From: Eledone cirrhosa
Lineage: Eukaryota
Assembly (NCBI GenBank): GCA_964016885.1
Contig: OZ024761.1
Location: 13,144,001 to 13,208,000 of the forward strand
Direction: 5' to 3'
DNA: 64,000 nt
This document shows positions 42,850-54,100 of this stretch, piece after piece. Position 1 is the first letter of the stretch. Each line of letters opens with the position of its first letter. Made by a program: the position numbers and the translations under genes. The notes under the pieces were generated by a model, which was not told the origin of the DNA, did no database searches, and was given only the letters and a program-made list of their open reading frames with translations.

Positions 42850-45800
42850 TATGTATATATATATATTATGTATATATATATATATATATTATGTATATAT
42901 ATATATATATTATGTATATATATATATTATGTATATATATATATATATTATGTATATATATATATATTATGTATATATATATATATTATGTATATATATA
43001 TATATATATATATTATGTATCATCATCATTTCATCAATGTATATATAGTAACCACCTCTTATAAAAAAATACACCTACATCCCGCTACCCATACCCCCCC
43101 CCATCTACCTTCCCCCCTTTCTCTGTAAAGTTATGTTGGTACCACAACATCCAGTCCGAAACAAATGAGGTCGTGTAGGTGTCACGACAAAAAAACACAC
43201 AGTCCACGCTGTAATGTGGCCATGTAGGTAACACGGTAAAAACCTCCCAGTCCACACTGTAAACGTGGTTGGGGTTAGGAAGGACATCCAGCCGTAGAAA
43301 ACCTGCCAGACAGTCCTATGCGAGCAAGACAACCAATCTTGCCCCAAGTGGGACAATTCTCGTCTAAACCCATGCTAGCGTGGAAGATGGACGTTAAACG
43401 AAGATGATGATGATAGATATATATCAGTCGATCGACTTTCGTCAAATCGGACCGAGGAAACAATGTTTCCGTTGCTGTTTCCAATTGCTAATACTATCTA
43501 TTGGTCGCAACTCCTGGTAGAAGGAGCAAGGTGAAATAAAGCGTCCGTTCTTCCACGCTAGCATGGGTTAGACGGGTTGTCCTGTTGTGGGCAGTGTCTG
43601 GTCGGCTGACCATGCCTTGCTCATACAGGAACTGATTCTGGCTTGATTTCTACAGCTGGATGCCCTTCCTAACACCAACCTCATTTACAGTGAGTGCTGG
43701 GTGCTTTTTCGTGGCGCCTACACGTCCACTTTACAGTGTGGGCTGGGTGCTTTTTTGCCGTGGCACCTCCACGACCACCTTGCGGTGGGCGATGTGGGGG
43801 CATATTGTATATATGCTTCAGCTTGTACCCATGGGAGGTCGGGTACTCTGTATTACTGCGTGACGCCAGAGGTCACGGTCGTGTGTCATCGCCTTTGAGA
43901 GGTGTAATTGGGTAAGGTCGGCTTTTATCACCTCATCCCAGGTCATCATATATATATTTATGTATGTGTGTGTGTGTGTATGTATATGTTTTAACAGTAA
44001 AAACCCCAAACAATGTAGTCAGATAAATAAGACATCCTTCTTGTTGTTCCAGATGGAGCAGAACTCCGGAACGAGATCCGAAAGTTACAGGAATATCGTG
44101 AGAATGGTTTACGCTTACGGCACCAGGTAAAGAATTATAACCTGTTGAAGTGTCGAAGAGATGTGGAGAGGCAGGAACATCATCTACTCTCAGAGGTTCT
44201 CTCTAATATTCAGGTTGGTTCAAGAACTTCAGCTTTTGCTTCCGACCTTATTCAGTCAAACTCTAATATCATCATCATCATCATCATAATTGTCATTTTA
44301 AGGGCGGTGGAATGGCAGTATCGGTGGAGTGTCAGACACCATGCTTTGCAGCGTAGAGTTATGGCCCTTTATGTTCTGTGTTCAAATCCCGCCGAGGTTA
44401 ACTTTGCTTTTCATCCTGACGAAGTCAGTAAAATAAAGTACCAGTAATACACTGGGGTCGATTTAATCGACTCCCCCCCCATATTGCTGGCCTTGTGCCT
44501 AAAGTAAGAAATCATCATTTTAACATCCAGTTTCCCTGTTAGCCAGCGAGAGGGTTTGATAGGTTTACATTGAGCAACTCAGTACTGAAGCCGAGCCACA
44601 GATTTCCCAGGCAGACCATGGATGTCTGTATCTCGTTTTATATATATGTATATATATGTATATGTCATCATCATCAAATATATATATATATATATGCAAA
44701 GTTTTATTTAAATTGTTGGGTTACAACGAGTAAATATTTATAACTGATATAAAAGCACTCAACAAGTATTTGGAGTATATTTACGATATTAAATAAATGG
44801 AAACTATATTTATAAAACCATATCTATTTCATTATATATATTTCAGGGATATCATATTAAAAATATGGTATGCCTTCTTCAGACAAAATACAATATAAAC
44901 AGTCTTATAAATAGATAGATTTGACATACCTTACAACTTCAACTTCCATTTAAAAAGTTGATTTGGTAGTGAAAAATGTTAGGGACAGTTATAAAAAGAA
45001 AGAAATAAAGAAAAAAAGCGAAGAAAAAGAAGAAATGCATGCAACTAAACAGAGAGAGATAGATATAGAGAGATAGATAGAGAGAAGAAATTCATGTAAA
45101 GAAACAGAGAGAGATAGATAGAGAGAGAAAAAACACAGAGGGAGATAGATAGAGAGAGAGAGAGAGAGAAAAAATAGAGAGAGATAGATAGAGATAGAGA
45201 GAAAGAAAATAGGTAGTTGGGCACCAGTTGAATGACGTATCAATGATATATTTATTTATTTATTTATTTATTTAGTTCTAGTATTAAGGTAGAGAGAGAT
45301 ATATGTGGTTAGGAGAGAAAACAGCCGTTACATAGAGAGAAAAGAAAAATATCCAGAGATAAACGAGGCAGATTTAAAACATTATGTTTCATCAATGTAA
45401 AAATATCAATTCGTATGAATTAGGTATTATAATGTAAATATCAGTATTCATGAATAAGACACGTATCAATAATGTGTGAAAAATAATGATCATATGTCTA
45501 GTTTAAAATTCCTAGGTTTATATCAGAACTGAGATAAAAAACTGAGATAAAAAAAACTGAGATAAAAACTTTAAAAAAAATTGAAATACATAAGTATATA
45601 TGCACTTTCATGAAAAAAGAAAAAGAAAAAGAAAATAGAAGGTTATCCCAGATTCGATACTATAGACTTCCATGTGAATTTACGTGATCAACTCTGCAAA
45701 TTCCTATTTCACATGAAAACATTCTCATTGTGCTATAAAAATTCTAGTATACATATATGTGTACATACACACAAATATATATAGAATCTACATTAATTTT

Positions 45801-46218
45801 AACAATACTATTCTTGTCTTTATATATATATATATATGTATATGTCATCATCATCATACATATATATATGTATATGTCATCATCATCATCATCATCATAT
45901 ATATATATGTATATGTCATCATCATCATATATATATATATGTATATTTTTTTTTTAAATTAAAAAAAAAAAAAATTGATAAAAAAATAAAAAAAAAAATT
46001 TTTTTAATTAAAAAAAAAAAAATTTTAATTAAAAAAGTTTTTTCATTTAAAAAATTTTTTTTTTTAATTAAAATTTTTTTTTTTTTAAAAATTTTTAAAT
46101 TTTTTTATAAATTTTTTTTTTTTTAATTTAAAAAAAAGATATATATATGTATATGTCATCATCATCATCATCATATATATATATATATGTATATGTCATC
46201 ATCATCATCATCATCATC

Positions 46219-46254
<36 letters not shown>

Positions 46255-49200
46255 GATGATGATGTTTCTACTTTTGGCACAAGGCCAGCAATTACCCAGT
46301 GCATTACTGGTTCTTTATTTTATCGACCCCGTAAGGATGAAAGGCAAAGTTAACCTCGGCGGGATTTGAACTCAGATTGGAAAGAGCCGTAACTCTATGC
46401 TGGAAAGCATGGCGTCCGACCCTCTACCGATACTGCCAATCCACCACCTTATACTCCAACATACTAATAGTAATAAGAAGAAGAATTTCTTCTATAAGCA
46501 ATTTTTGGGGAGGGGAAAGTCGAATAAATCAACCCCAGTCATTACTGGTACTTTATTTTATTAACCCTGTAAGGATGAAAGGCAAAATTAACCTCGGCGG
46601 GATTTGAACTCAGAACGTAAAGGGCCGTTACTCTATGCTGCAAAGCATGTTGTCTGACACTGCCAATGCACCACATAATGATAATAACAACAGCAACTGG
46701 TTTGAACCAGTAAAAACCAGTTGTGACAGTTTAATTTGAGTTTAGTAGGTAATTTGTTCTAGAACAAAGGTTCTCAACGGGGGGCGTTTGGGAGCTCCAG
46801 GGGGGCGTTTGGAGCTGGGGGAGGGAGGTTAGGGGGCGCTGGAAGGCTCTTTATTTTGGTAAGTTTTATAAACCATATTTGTATGTCTTTGAGACAACCA
46901 GTGTGAATGCATTTGAATGAGCTTGCAGACAGCATAACTATAGTCTGACCGCAGCTGTGAGCAGGTGTGCAGGCGTGTCCGGTAATTAAGACGTTAACCG
47001 GTAATTGAGATCCTAATAATGGAAAAACCCACAGTCAACTGGGTCAAAGACACTTTGAGCGCAGCCAGTTAGAATCTTATCTTTCCTTCACCGATAACAA
47101 TGTATTTCATGTCTGACATTATTGACTCAACCGTAACGAGTTAACACTATGTAGATCTATTTTATTTCCTATTGTATAAATAATATTACAAATAAAAAAA
47201 AAAAGAAAAGAAAAAACAGAAGCGAGTAGCACACACATCTAGGACCACATACAACACACATAAGCAGGTAATACACACATCTAGGACCACATACAACACA
47301 TAATCAGATAATACACACATCTAGGACCACATGCAACACATAATCAGATAATACACACATCTTTGGAATATTGTTAATCAATTTTTTAGTAATCTACTGA
47401 TATAAAAATCAGTAGTATACTGAAAAATGGAAAAATAGGGGGGGAGGGGGCGTTTCGTGATTTTGAGGGACAAAAGGAGGCGTTTGGCCTAAATGGGTTG
47501 AGAACCTGTGTTCTATAGAAGGTTTCTTGTTGAACGATATTTTTCCTGAATTTCATTTCAATATTCAATTTTATTGATTTTTTTATTTTTGACCTACAGT
47601 TCCTATTTTGTGATCTTTCAGCAATGTTAACTCTTATCATTTTAGGGATGTGAAGTGGGGTGGTGACCCTTTTTGTTTTGTTTTTTTACATCACCACACG
47701 TCTTGTGTGGTGTTAAATATTGTTTTTAATATTCTTTCACCTGGTACTGGAAAAATATATAGGACTCACAATATATGATGTGTTTATATATATATATATA
47801 TATGGCTTAATGGTTAGAGCATTGGCCTTGCAATCGAAAGGTTGTGAGTTCAATTTTCAGACCGGGTGATGTGTTGTTTCCTTGAGCAAGACACTTTATT
47901 TCACATTGCTCCAGTTTACTCAGCTGTAGAAATGAGATGTAAAGTGGTCGTGGAGGTGCCACGGCAAAAAAGCACCCAGCACTCACTGTAAATGAGGTTG
48001 GTGTTAGGAAGGGCATCCAGCTGTAGAAATCAAGCCAGAATCAGTTCCCGTCCCACCCTTGCAAGCAAGGAAAAGCGGACGTAAAATGAAATGATGATGA
48101 TGTCATCATCATCATTTAACGTCTACTTTCCCTCTAGCAAGTGTTGGACGGGTCTCTATAGATCAAGTCAGTGGTCACTATAATAATAATAATAATAATA
48201 ATAATAATGCTTTCTTTATTAACCACAAGGGTTTACACAAAGTAGACATTAAAGACAGTACAGGACAATACAGGACGGTACAAAAGGGCATTTCTGCGTG
48301 TAAAAAAAAACAAGAAACAAGATGTAATAATATAATAATAATGAAATTATTGTGTACAGTGCTCAGGTGCACTACAACTCATCAAAGGTGCATGTATAGT
48401 ACATAGAATAATGTACAAATGTCAGAAAAATGAACAGTGTACGAGTCATGATATACATGTGCATGTGTATGGAGGGGGGGGGATATCAGGTGTAGTGTTG
48501 GCGAATCTCAGGAAGCATGGAGGTTTTAAAGGATGCACTGTCTCGACAGTTAACAACTGATGCAGGTAGTTTGAAGGATCAAACCTCAAATCTCTCAGTT
48601 ACTGGTTGAGTGCTCTCACCATTAACCCTTTTGCATTTACATTACTCTATATCTACTATTGTATTTTCGCGGTAAACACTATCTCACATAATATTGAATC
48701 TATGAGACTTTGATATTATTCATTTTGAGAACAATACCTTAACATAAGCATAAGCAGCCAGTTATGGCCAGTTTGAACAGAAAGAGGTGAGAGAATTCTG
48801 GCCGGTTTAAATGCTAAAGAGATAAACATTTGAATTAACCAAGTTCTTTCTAGACATTTTCTTCTAAATCATTGAAGGATGTTAAGAATTAATGGTATGT
48901 CTGTTTCTGGTTTCAGAATGATGCCGCTTGTAAAACCTTCTTACAGAGACAGGCCGTGCTGGAGCATATTTCAAAGGGTCAAAATGTTGCCTTACCTGCA
49001 GCCCGTAAGTCTTTCATACATTCTCATTTACATATGTTTATTGATTATTGATTTTGTTTGTTGACGATTGATTTAAACTACCGGCTTACTGGTGTTGTAA
49101 ACATCAACATTATCATAATGTGGTGTGGTAAACATTATCATCATCTGGTATCTTAAACATCATTATTATTTCATTATAATGTTTTAAATAAATAATTACT

Positions 49201-50330
49201 TTATATTTATTTAATTTAAAAAAAAATATATTTTGTTTGATCTTGCAGCTCGTCGTTCAGCTCCCCCTCTTGAAATTGTCGGTCTCCCTGGTTACGACAA
49301 ATTATTACCGAAAGAAAAAGAGGTAAGTGGTATCATCTTATGTATTAACACTTTAGCATTTACATTACTCTATATTTACTATTGTTTTTTCCCGGTAAAG
49401 GCTTTACCTCACTTAATTATCTCACAAAATAACGATTCTATGTGATTTTGATATTTATTTTGAGAACAATACTTTAACATCGGTATGAGTGGCCAGTTAT
49501 AGCCAGTTTGAACAGAAAGAGGTAAAACTGTTTGTTTTAACCTTTAACATTTACATTACTCTATATTTACTATTGTATCTTCATGGTAGACACTACACTT
49601 TATCTCACATAATACCAAATCTATGAGATTTTGATATTATTTATTTTGAGATCAATACCTTAACATCAGTATGAGTGGCCGGTTACAGCCGGTTTGGACA
49701 GACAGTTGTGAGCTGTGAAATCAAAAACAGCTATGTACATAATCTATCTTTTAACCCTTTCATTACCATATTTCTAATGAAAGACACTGCTTAAGATTTT
49801 CATATAATTTTGAAAATAAGCAAGAATTTATGAGGAGGGAATTAGTAATATAACTAATTTTCTCATTATTAAGTTGTTGTTTCGAACATAACTAAACAAA
49901 GATTTTACATAAAATTATGATGGAAAGCTTTTATATAAATATAAGCAGTTTAAAACAAACAGTTTTGCATCATAGAACTAGGGGCAGTTGGAACATAACT
50001 TAAAAAAGGTTCTTCCGTAAAATTATGATGGAATGTTATTAGATAAGTATAAAGTTTTGTATTGTAGAACTAGGGGTGGTTTAGTGTCAAAAATGTTAAT
50101 CTAAAATTTAAAATTTCTCTTCTCTCAATTTTCAGCTGTGTGCAGTTGTTCGATTGGTACCAGACGCTTACTTGGAATTTAAACGTTTACTGCTGCAGGA
50201 GAGCCAAAAGTTTGAAGGGAGTCTCAAACTAGCTCAGGCCAGGACACTTATCAAAATTGATGTCAATAAAACCAGAAAGTTGTACGATTTTCTAGTACAA
50301 GAAGACATCATTAAAAAAGCTCCACCGTGA
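32913..50330 (+). CDS. TADA2A: Transcriptional adaptor 2-alpha (ATAC complex Ada2a), complete, 12 coding exons, 476 aa
   Basis: Exons: 32913-33086, 33882-33973, 35467-35564, 37711-37761, 38181-38459, 39091-39154, 40371-40414, 42380-42490, 44053-44213, 48917-49004, 49249-49322, 50136-50330 (sum 1431 nt). ZZ finger (CPIC..CLSC..CLSC..H..H), SANT (WTAAEELKLL..FGFGNWSDIA..KTKTRQQCERHY), LQEYRENG, and SWIRM C-terminus RRSAPPL..LAQARTLIKIDVNKTRKLYDFL, which is characteristic of Ada2a rather than Ada2b. Confidence 0.95.
34050..35460. repeat. TCTA-rich ~45-bp minisatellite followed by a CT-rich degenerate repeat
   Basis: GTTGACTCCAGTACTATCTATTTACTATCTCTGTCTATCT units to ~34670, then CTCACTCCACCTCTCT units up to the TADA2A acceptor at 35466. 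Confidence 0.9.
35646..36264 (-). mobile_element. Non-autonomous Helitron (same family), nested in a piggyBac-like MITE
   Basis: Reverse complement of the 24.3-25.2 kb element. It splits the MITE sequence TACTA|TTATATTTTCAC exactly at A|T. Confidence 0.87.
36690..37625 (-). mobile_element. RTE 3' fragment with an internal 123-bp segment tandemly amplified (~5-6 copies)
   Basis: Unit starts at 37019, 37142, 37265, 37388 and 37511. The unit encodes SEIRESLQVELLLLRIERSQL*YYGHVVRMS. A single-unit relative lies at ~51870-52190 (+). Confidence 0.8.
38465..39050. repeat. (GGT/GAT)n compound microsatellite filling a TADA2A intron
   Basis: Directly visible. Confidence 0.95.
39645..40289. repeat. 91-bp tandem repeat (~7 copies) of the MITE family 1 right end
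   Basis: Units start at 39739, 39830 and 39921; each ends TAAATGCTAAAGGGTTAA. Confidence 0.92.
40432..42343. repeat. Pentanucleotide satellite (GTAGT/GTGGT/GTAAT)n, ~1.9 kb
   Basis: Occupies nearly the whole TADA2A intron 40415-42379; explains the His/Tyr/Thr ORFs. Confidence 0.97.
44695..45750 (-). mobile_element. Longer copy of the same Penelope-like element
   Basis: 44695-44964 is nearly identical to the 15.6-16.1 kb element. It continues into GA-rich/AT-rich unique sequence up to the next (TA)-rich tract; the right boundary is approximate. Confidence 0.55.
44827..44888 (-). ncRNA. Hammerhead ribozyme motif, second copy of the 15.8-kb family
   Basis: Reverse complement of 15881-15942. 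Antisense within a TADA2A intron. Confidence 0.6.
46765..47510. mobile_element. Non-autonomous hAT (Charlie-like) element
   Basis: TIRs CAAAGGTTCTCAAC / GTTGAGAACCTGTG and GGGGGCG subterminal repeats. Left flank TTCTAGAA, right flank TTCTA(TA)GAA (8-bp TSD with a 2-nt slip). Confidence 0.75.
47804..48102 (+). mobile_element. tRNA-derived CORE-like SINE family B with (GAT)n tail (representative)
   Basis: A-box TGGCTTAATGG, B-box GAGTTCAATT, CORE-like TCCTTGAGCAAGACACTTTATTTCACATTGCTCCAG, 3' module GTTGGTGTTAGGAAGGGCATCCAG..GGACGTAAAATGATGATG. Other copies ~1615-1999(-), ~2808-3030(-), ~4143-4262(+), ~51740-51870(+). Confidence 0.85.
48180..48572 (-). mobile_element. CR1/L2-like LINE 3' end with (TTA)n tail (shorter relative at ~29500-29582)
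   Basis: Minus strand KLPASVVNCRDSASFKTSMLPEIRQHYT*, then a 3'UTR, AATAAA and (TTA)n. Confidence 0.6.
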
Positions 50331-50429
50331 CATTTTTCATTATGATTCTACTTAATATATAGGGTAGGTGGGAAAAAACTTGGTGTTTGTTATATTTCTT
50401 TTTAATGTTCTAATTAACCCGTTAGCATT

Positions 50430-50870
50430 TAGGAGATCTTTGGCGCCACGCAGTAATACAGAAGACCTGCCTTCCCTACGTACAAAGTTAACCTACAGTC
50501 AGTAGGCCCCTCCTAACCAAATATACACTCCAACCCACCACTCCCACCAACACCACCCTTTCTTTGTAAAGTTATGTTGGTACCACAACATCCTGTCCAA
50601 ACTAAAGAGGTCGTGTAGGTGTCACAACAACAAAACACACAGTCCACGCTGTAATGTGGCCGTGTAGGAAACACGATAAAAAGGCTCCCAGTCCATACTG
50701 TAAATGTGGTTGGTGTTAGGAAGGGCATCCAGCCGTAGAGAACCTGCCAGACAGTCCTATATGAGCGAGACATGGTCACCCGATCATTCTTGCCTCAAGT
50801 GGGACTATTCCCGTCTAACCCATGCTAGCGTGGAAGATAGACGTTAAACGATGATGATGATGATGATGAT
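50430..50870 (+). mobile_element. SINE-like element sharing the GGAAGGGCATCCAG/(GAT)n 3' module and internal 48-bp subrepeats (relatives at ~43060-43412, ~52690-52863, ~9290-10646)
   Basis: Near-identical bodies at 43.1 and 50.5 kb. The 50.4 kb copy is preceded by an RTE-like 3'UTR piece. Confidence 0.7.
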
Positions 50871-51186
50871 ATTGTATTTTTGTGGTAAAGGCTTTATTTC
50901 ACATAATATCAAATCTGAAAATTTGATGTCATTTATTTTGGGAAGACTACCTTAACATCAGTATGAACAGCCTGTTCTGGCCAGTTTGAACAGAAAGAGG
51001 TGAGAGAATTCTAACCGGATATGGCCAGTTTAAATATACAGAGTGGGTGGAAAAAAAACTCCCTATTGAAAATGAATTATTTGTGGAATACTCAGTCACT
51101 TGCTTCCTTCAAACTTGTTTTGTGATAACAAAATAACTCTGATTCTAATATATTATTGAAATAATATTTATTTATAGTCCGTTTGT

Positions 51187-54100
51187 TTAAATATAAAGTT
51201 TAATGAGTTCGTCACTGACAGCAGATGGTAGCAATATTCCGAGGTCTGTAAATAACAATGTCATGTAACTGGGGGGAGTATAGTCGACTGCTGGATGTTT
51301 CATGTCTGAATCTGTGTCCAATGAGGCTTTATACTGAAACGAAAGAAAAACATTGTTAGCAAAATATCAATACTGTAATAGTGGTAAGGGTGTTGGACTT
51401 GTCTATATTGAGGTTTTGTGAATGGCTGTGGACAGTGCGAATCAGCAGATCATTGGATACAGTGATAGCTGAGAGGCAGAATTTGATGTGTAGAGGTGGA
51501 GGTGTATAGCCTAGTGGTAAGGGTGTTGGACTTGTCTATATTGGCTGTGGACAGTGAGAATCAGCAGATCATCGGATACAGTGATAGCTGAGAGGCAGAA
51601 TTTGATGTGTAGAGGTGGAGGTGTATAGCCTAGTGGTAAGGGTGTTGGACTTGTCTATATTGGCTGTGGACAGTGAGAATCAGCAGATCATCGGATACAG
51701 TGATAGCTGAGAGGCAGAATTTAATGTGTAGAGGTGGAGATGTATAGCCTAGTGGTAAGGGTGTTTGACTTACGATCATAATGTCGTGGGTTCAATTCCT
51801 TGACTGTGTTGTGCTCTTGAGCAAAACACTTTATTTCACGTTGCTCCAGTATACTCAGCTGAAAATGCATAGCTCAGAAATCAGAGTCACTCCAGGTAGA
51901 ACCACTACTACTCCGAATTAAGACATCATAACTCCAATATTACGGATATGTCGTTAGAATGGCTCAGGAAAGAATCATTGGAGAGATTTTACAGGCAAAA
52001 CTAACCGGCTGGAGACCCAGGGGTAGACCCTGAGCAAGATAGTTGGATAACATCCGTGAGTTTGGTCAGTCTTGCTTGGGGATTCAGCCAGATCAGTTGG
52101 AGATGGTTGCTTCTGACAGGTCCTGCTGGAAAGTAGGCATAAGGAGTCTGCCCCCGACCCTCTCAGGAATAAGTAGGCGAAGAAGGGTAAAAGACTGAAG
52201 GACCAGAAAGCCTAGAAGTTTGACTCTGGGTTAATACGTTCCTGGAAGTAGGTGTTAGAAAAATCCAGTAATAAACTCACTTCAAATTTCTTAGGAAGAT
52301 CCTTCTGGGTCAATGGAAAGAACCGGGCAAACTTGAAGAATTCAGCTACAACGTAAACTGGTTTGTTGAAGGCTTTGGCAGCAAGAGCGATGTTAAAGGT
52401 ACCAATCTAGAGAAAAGGTTAAAATGGAGAAATACAGTTAATGAAACCTACACGACAGTACTTCTAATGATGTACATTCTATTTCATAATTAATGAAGAT
52501 AACTGAAAAAATGTCTCTGAACGAGATGAAGTGAGTAGGAAACCATTCAGCTGGTTTGATAGCTGATGAGGATGAAGGTGTGTGAGTGTGTAAATTTGTC
52601 TTGTACATCGCCTTTATTTCCTTCTTCCAGTCACTTCTATGCACCAACACACTTCTCCTTATCTTCCTCCTCTTTCAACATTTTCTCTATTTCATCTGCT
52701 TACTGTAAATGTGGTTGGTGTTAGGAAGGGCATCCAGCTGTTGAAAACCCGCCAGACAGTCCTATGCGAGCAAGACAACGACTCTTGCCTCAAGTGGGAA
52801 AACTCCTGTCCAAACCCATGCAAGCGTGGAACATGGACGTTAAACGATGATGATGATGATGATGTCCCACCTTGTGGATTGTCCCTCTGTTGACCACTGG
52901 CCGCTGGTCTCTGTCTTCTGAGGTATTTTAGCTCATCTCTGTCTTTGACAGCATTTAGCTGTTTTAACGACTGTTCTAGCAATGAGTTTTCTCATTTGTA
53001 TTGTAATTAATGAATAATTTTGAACACTTTACTAAAGTTATTTCATTACTAAGTTATCCTCCAGTAATTCCATAAAAGGAAATATGAAACAAAATTCTGA
53101 AAATGAAAGAAACTATAAAATTACCTTATTAATGATTCCACCACTTTCTACAACACTTTCAGCTCCAACAAGAACTAGATCAACATCTGGCATTACAGAA
53201 CTGTAAAACAATATATATATATATAAATATATACATATATATATTCAATATTATGTAAGGTAAAGCCCTTACTGTGAAAATACAATAGTAAATATAGAGT
53301 AATGTAAATGTTATGTGAGGTAAAACATCACTCTTCACGTACCTCACCGCAGAGTCTAAAATCAGCAGAGCAGGGATGTTTGCTTTCTTTAGTTCATTGC
53401 ACAAAACACGTCTGAAAAGAGATAGAGAGTCAGTCAAAATAACTATAAAGTATTTATATAAATTATATATACAGAGAGACGGTCTAACAAGTATAAAGTA
53501 TTTATATTTATTAATTATATCATTAGATAGAGTGTCAGTTTAACGACTATAAAGTATTTATATATCATAAATTATATGAATAGTTAGACAGGGAGACAGT
53601 TAAAATAACTATGAAGTATTTATATTTATAAATCATATAGTTAGACAGGGTGTCAGTCATTATAACTATGAAGTATTTTTATTTATAAATTATATATATA
53701 TTTAAACAAGGAGACATTCAAAAGAACTATAAAATATTTATAGTTAGACAGGGTGTCAGTCAAAATAACTATAAAGTATGGTGTCTTTATAAATTATATG
53801 AATAGTTAGACAGGGTGTTAGTCAAAATAACTATGAAGTATTTATATTTATAAAGTATATAGTTAGATAGGGAGACAGTGCAAATAACTGTAAATTATTT
53901 ATATTTATAAAGTATATAGTTAGACAGAGAGACAGTGAAAATAACTGTAAATTATTTATATTTATAAAGTATATGGTTAGACAGGGAGGCAGTGAAAATA
54001 ACTGTAAATTATTTATATTTATAAAGTATATGGTTAGACAGGGAGACTGAAAATAACTGTAAAGTATTTATATTTATAAAGTATATAGTTAGACAGGGAG

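Noticed and set aside
40400-43128. 539-aa His/Tyr/Thr ORF and Tyr/Ile ORFs (also 31965-32468 and 57886-58830)
   Set aside because: Translations of pentanucleotide and (TA)n satellites.
45945-46140. Almost pure A/T homopolymer patch
   Set aside because: Looks like low-quality consensus within a (TA)/(CAT) microsatellite; no interpretable structure.
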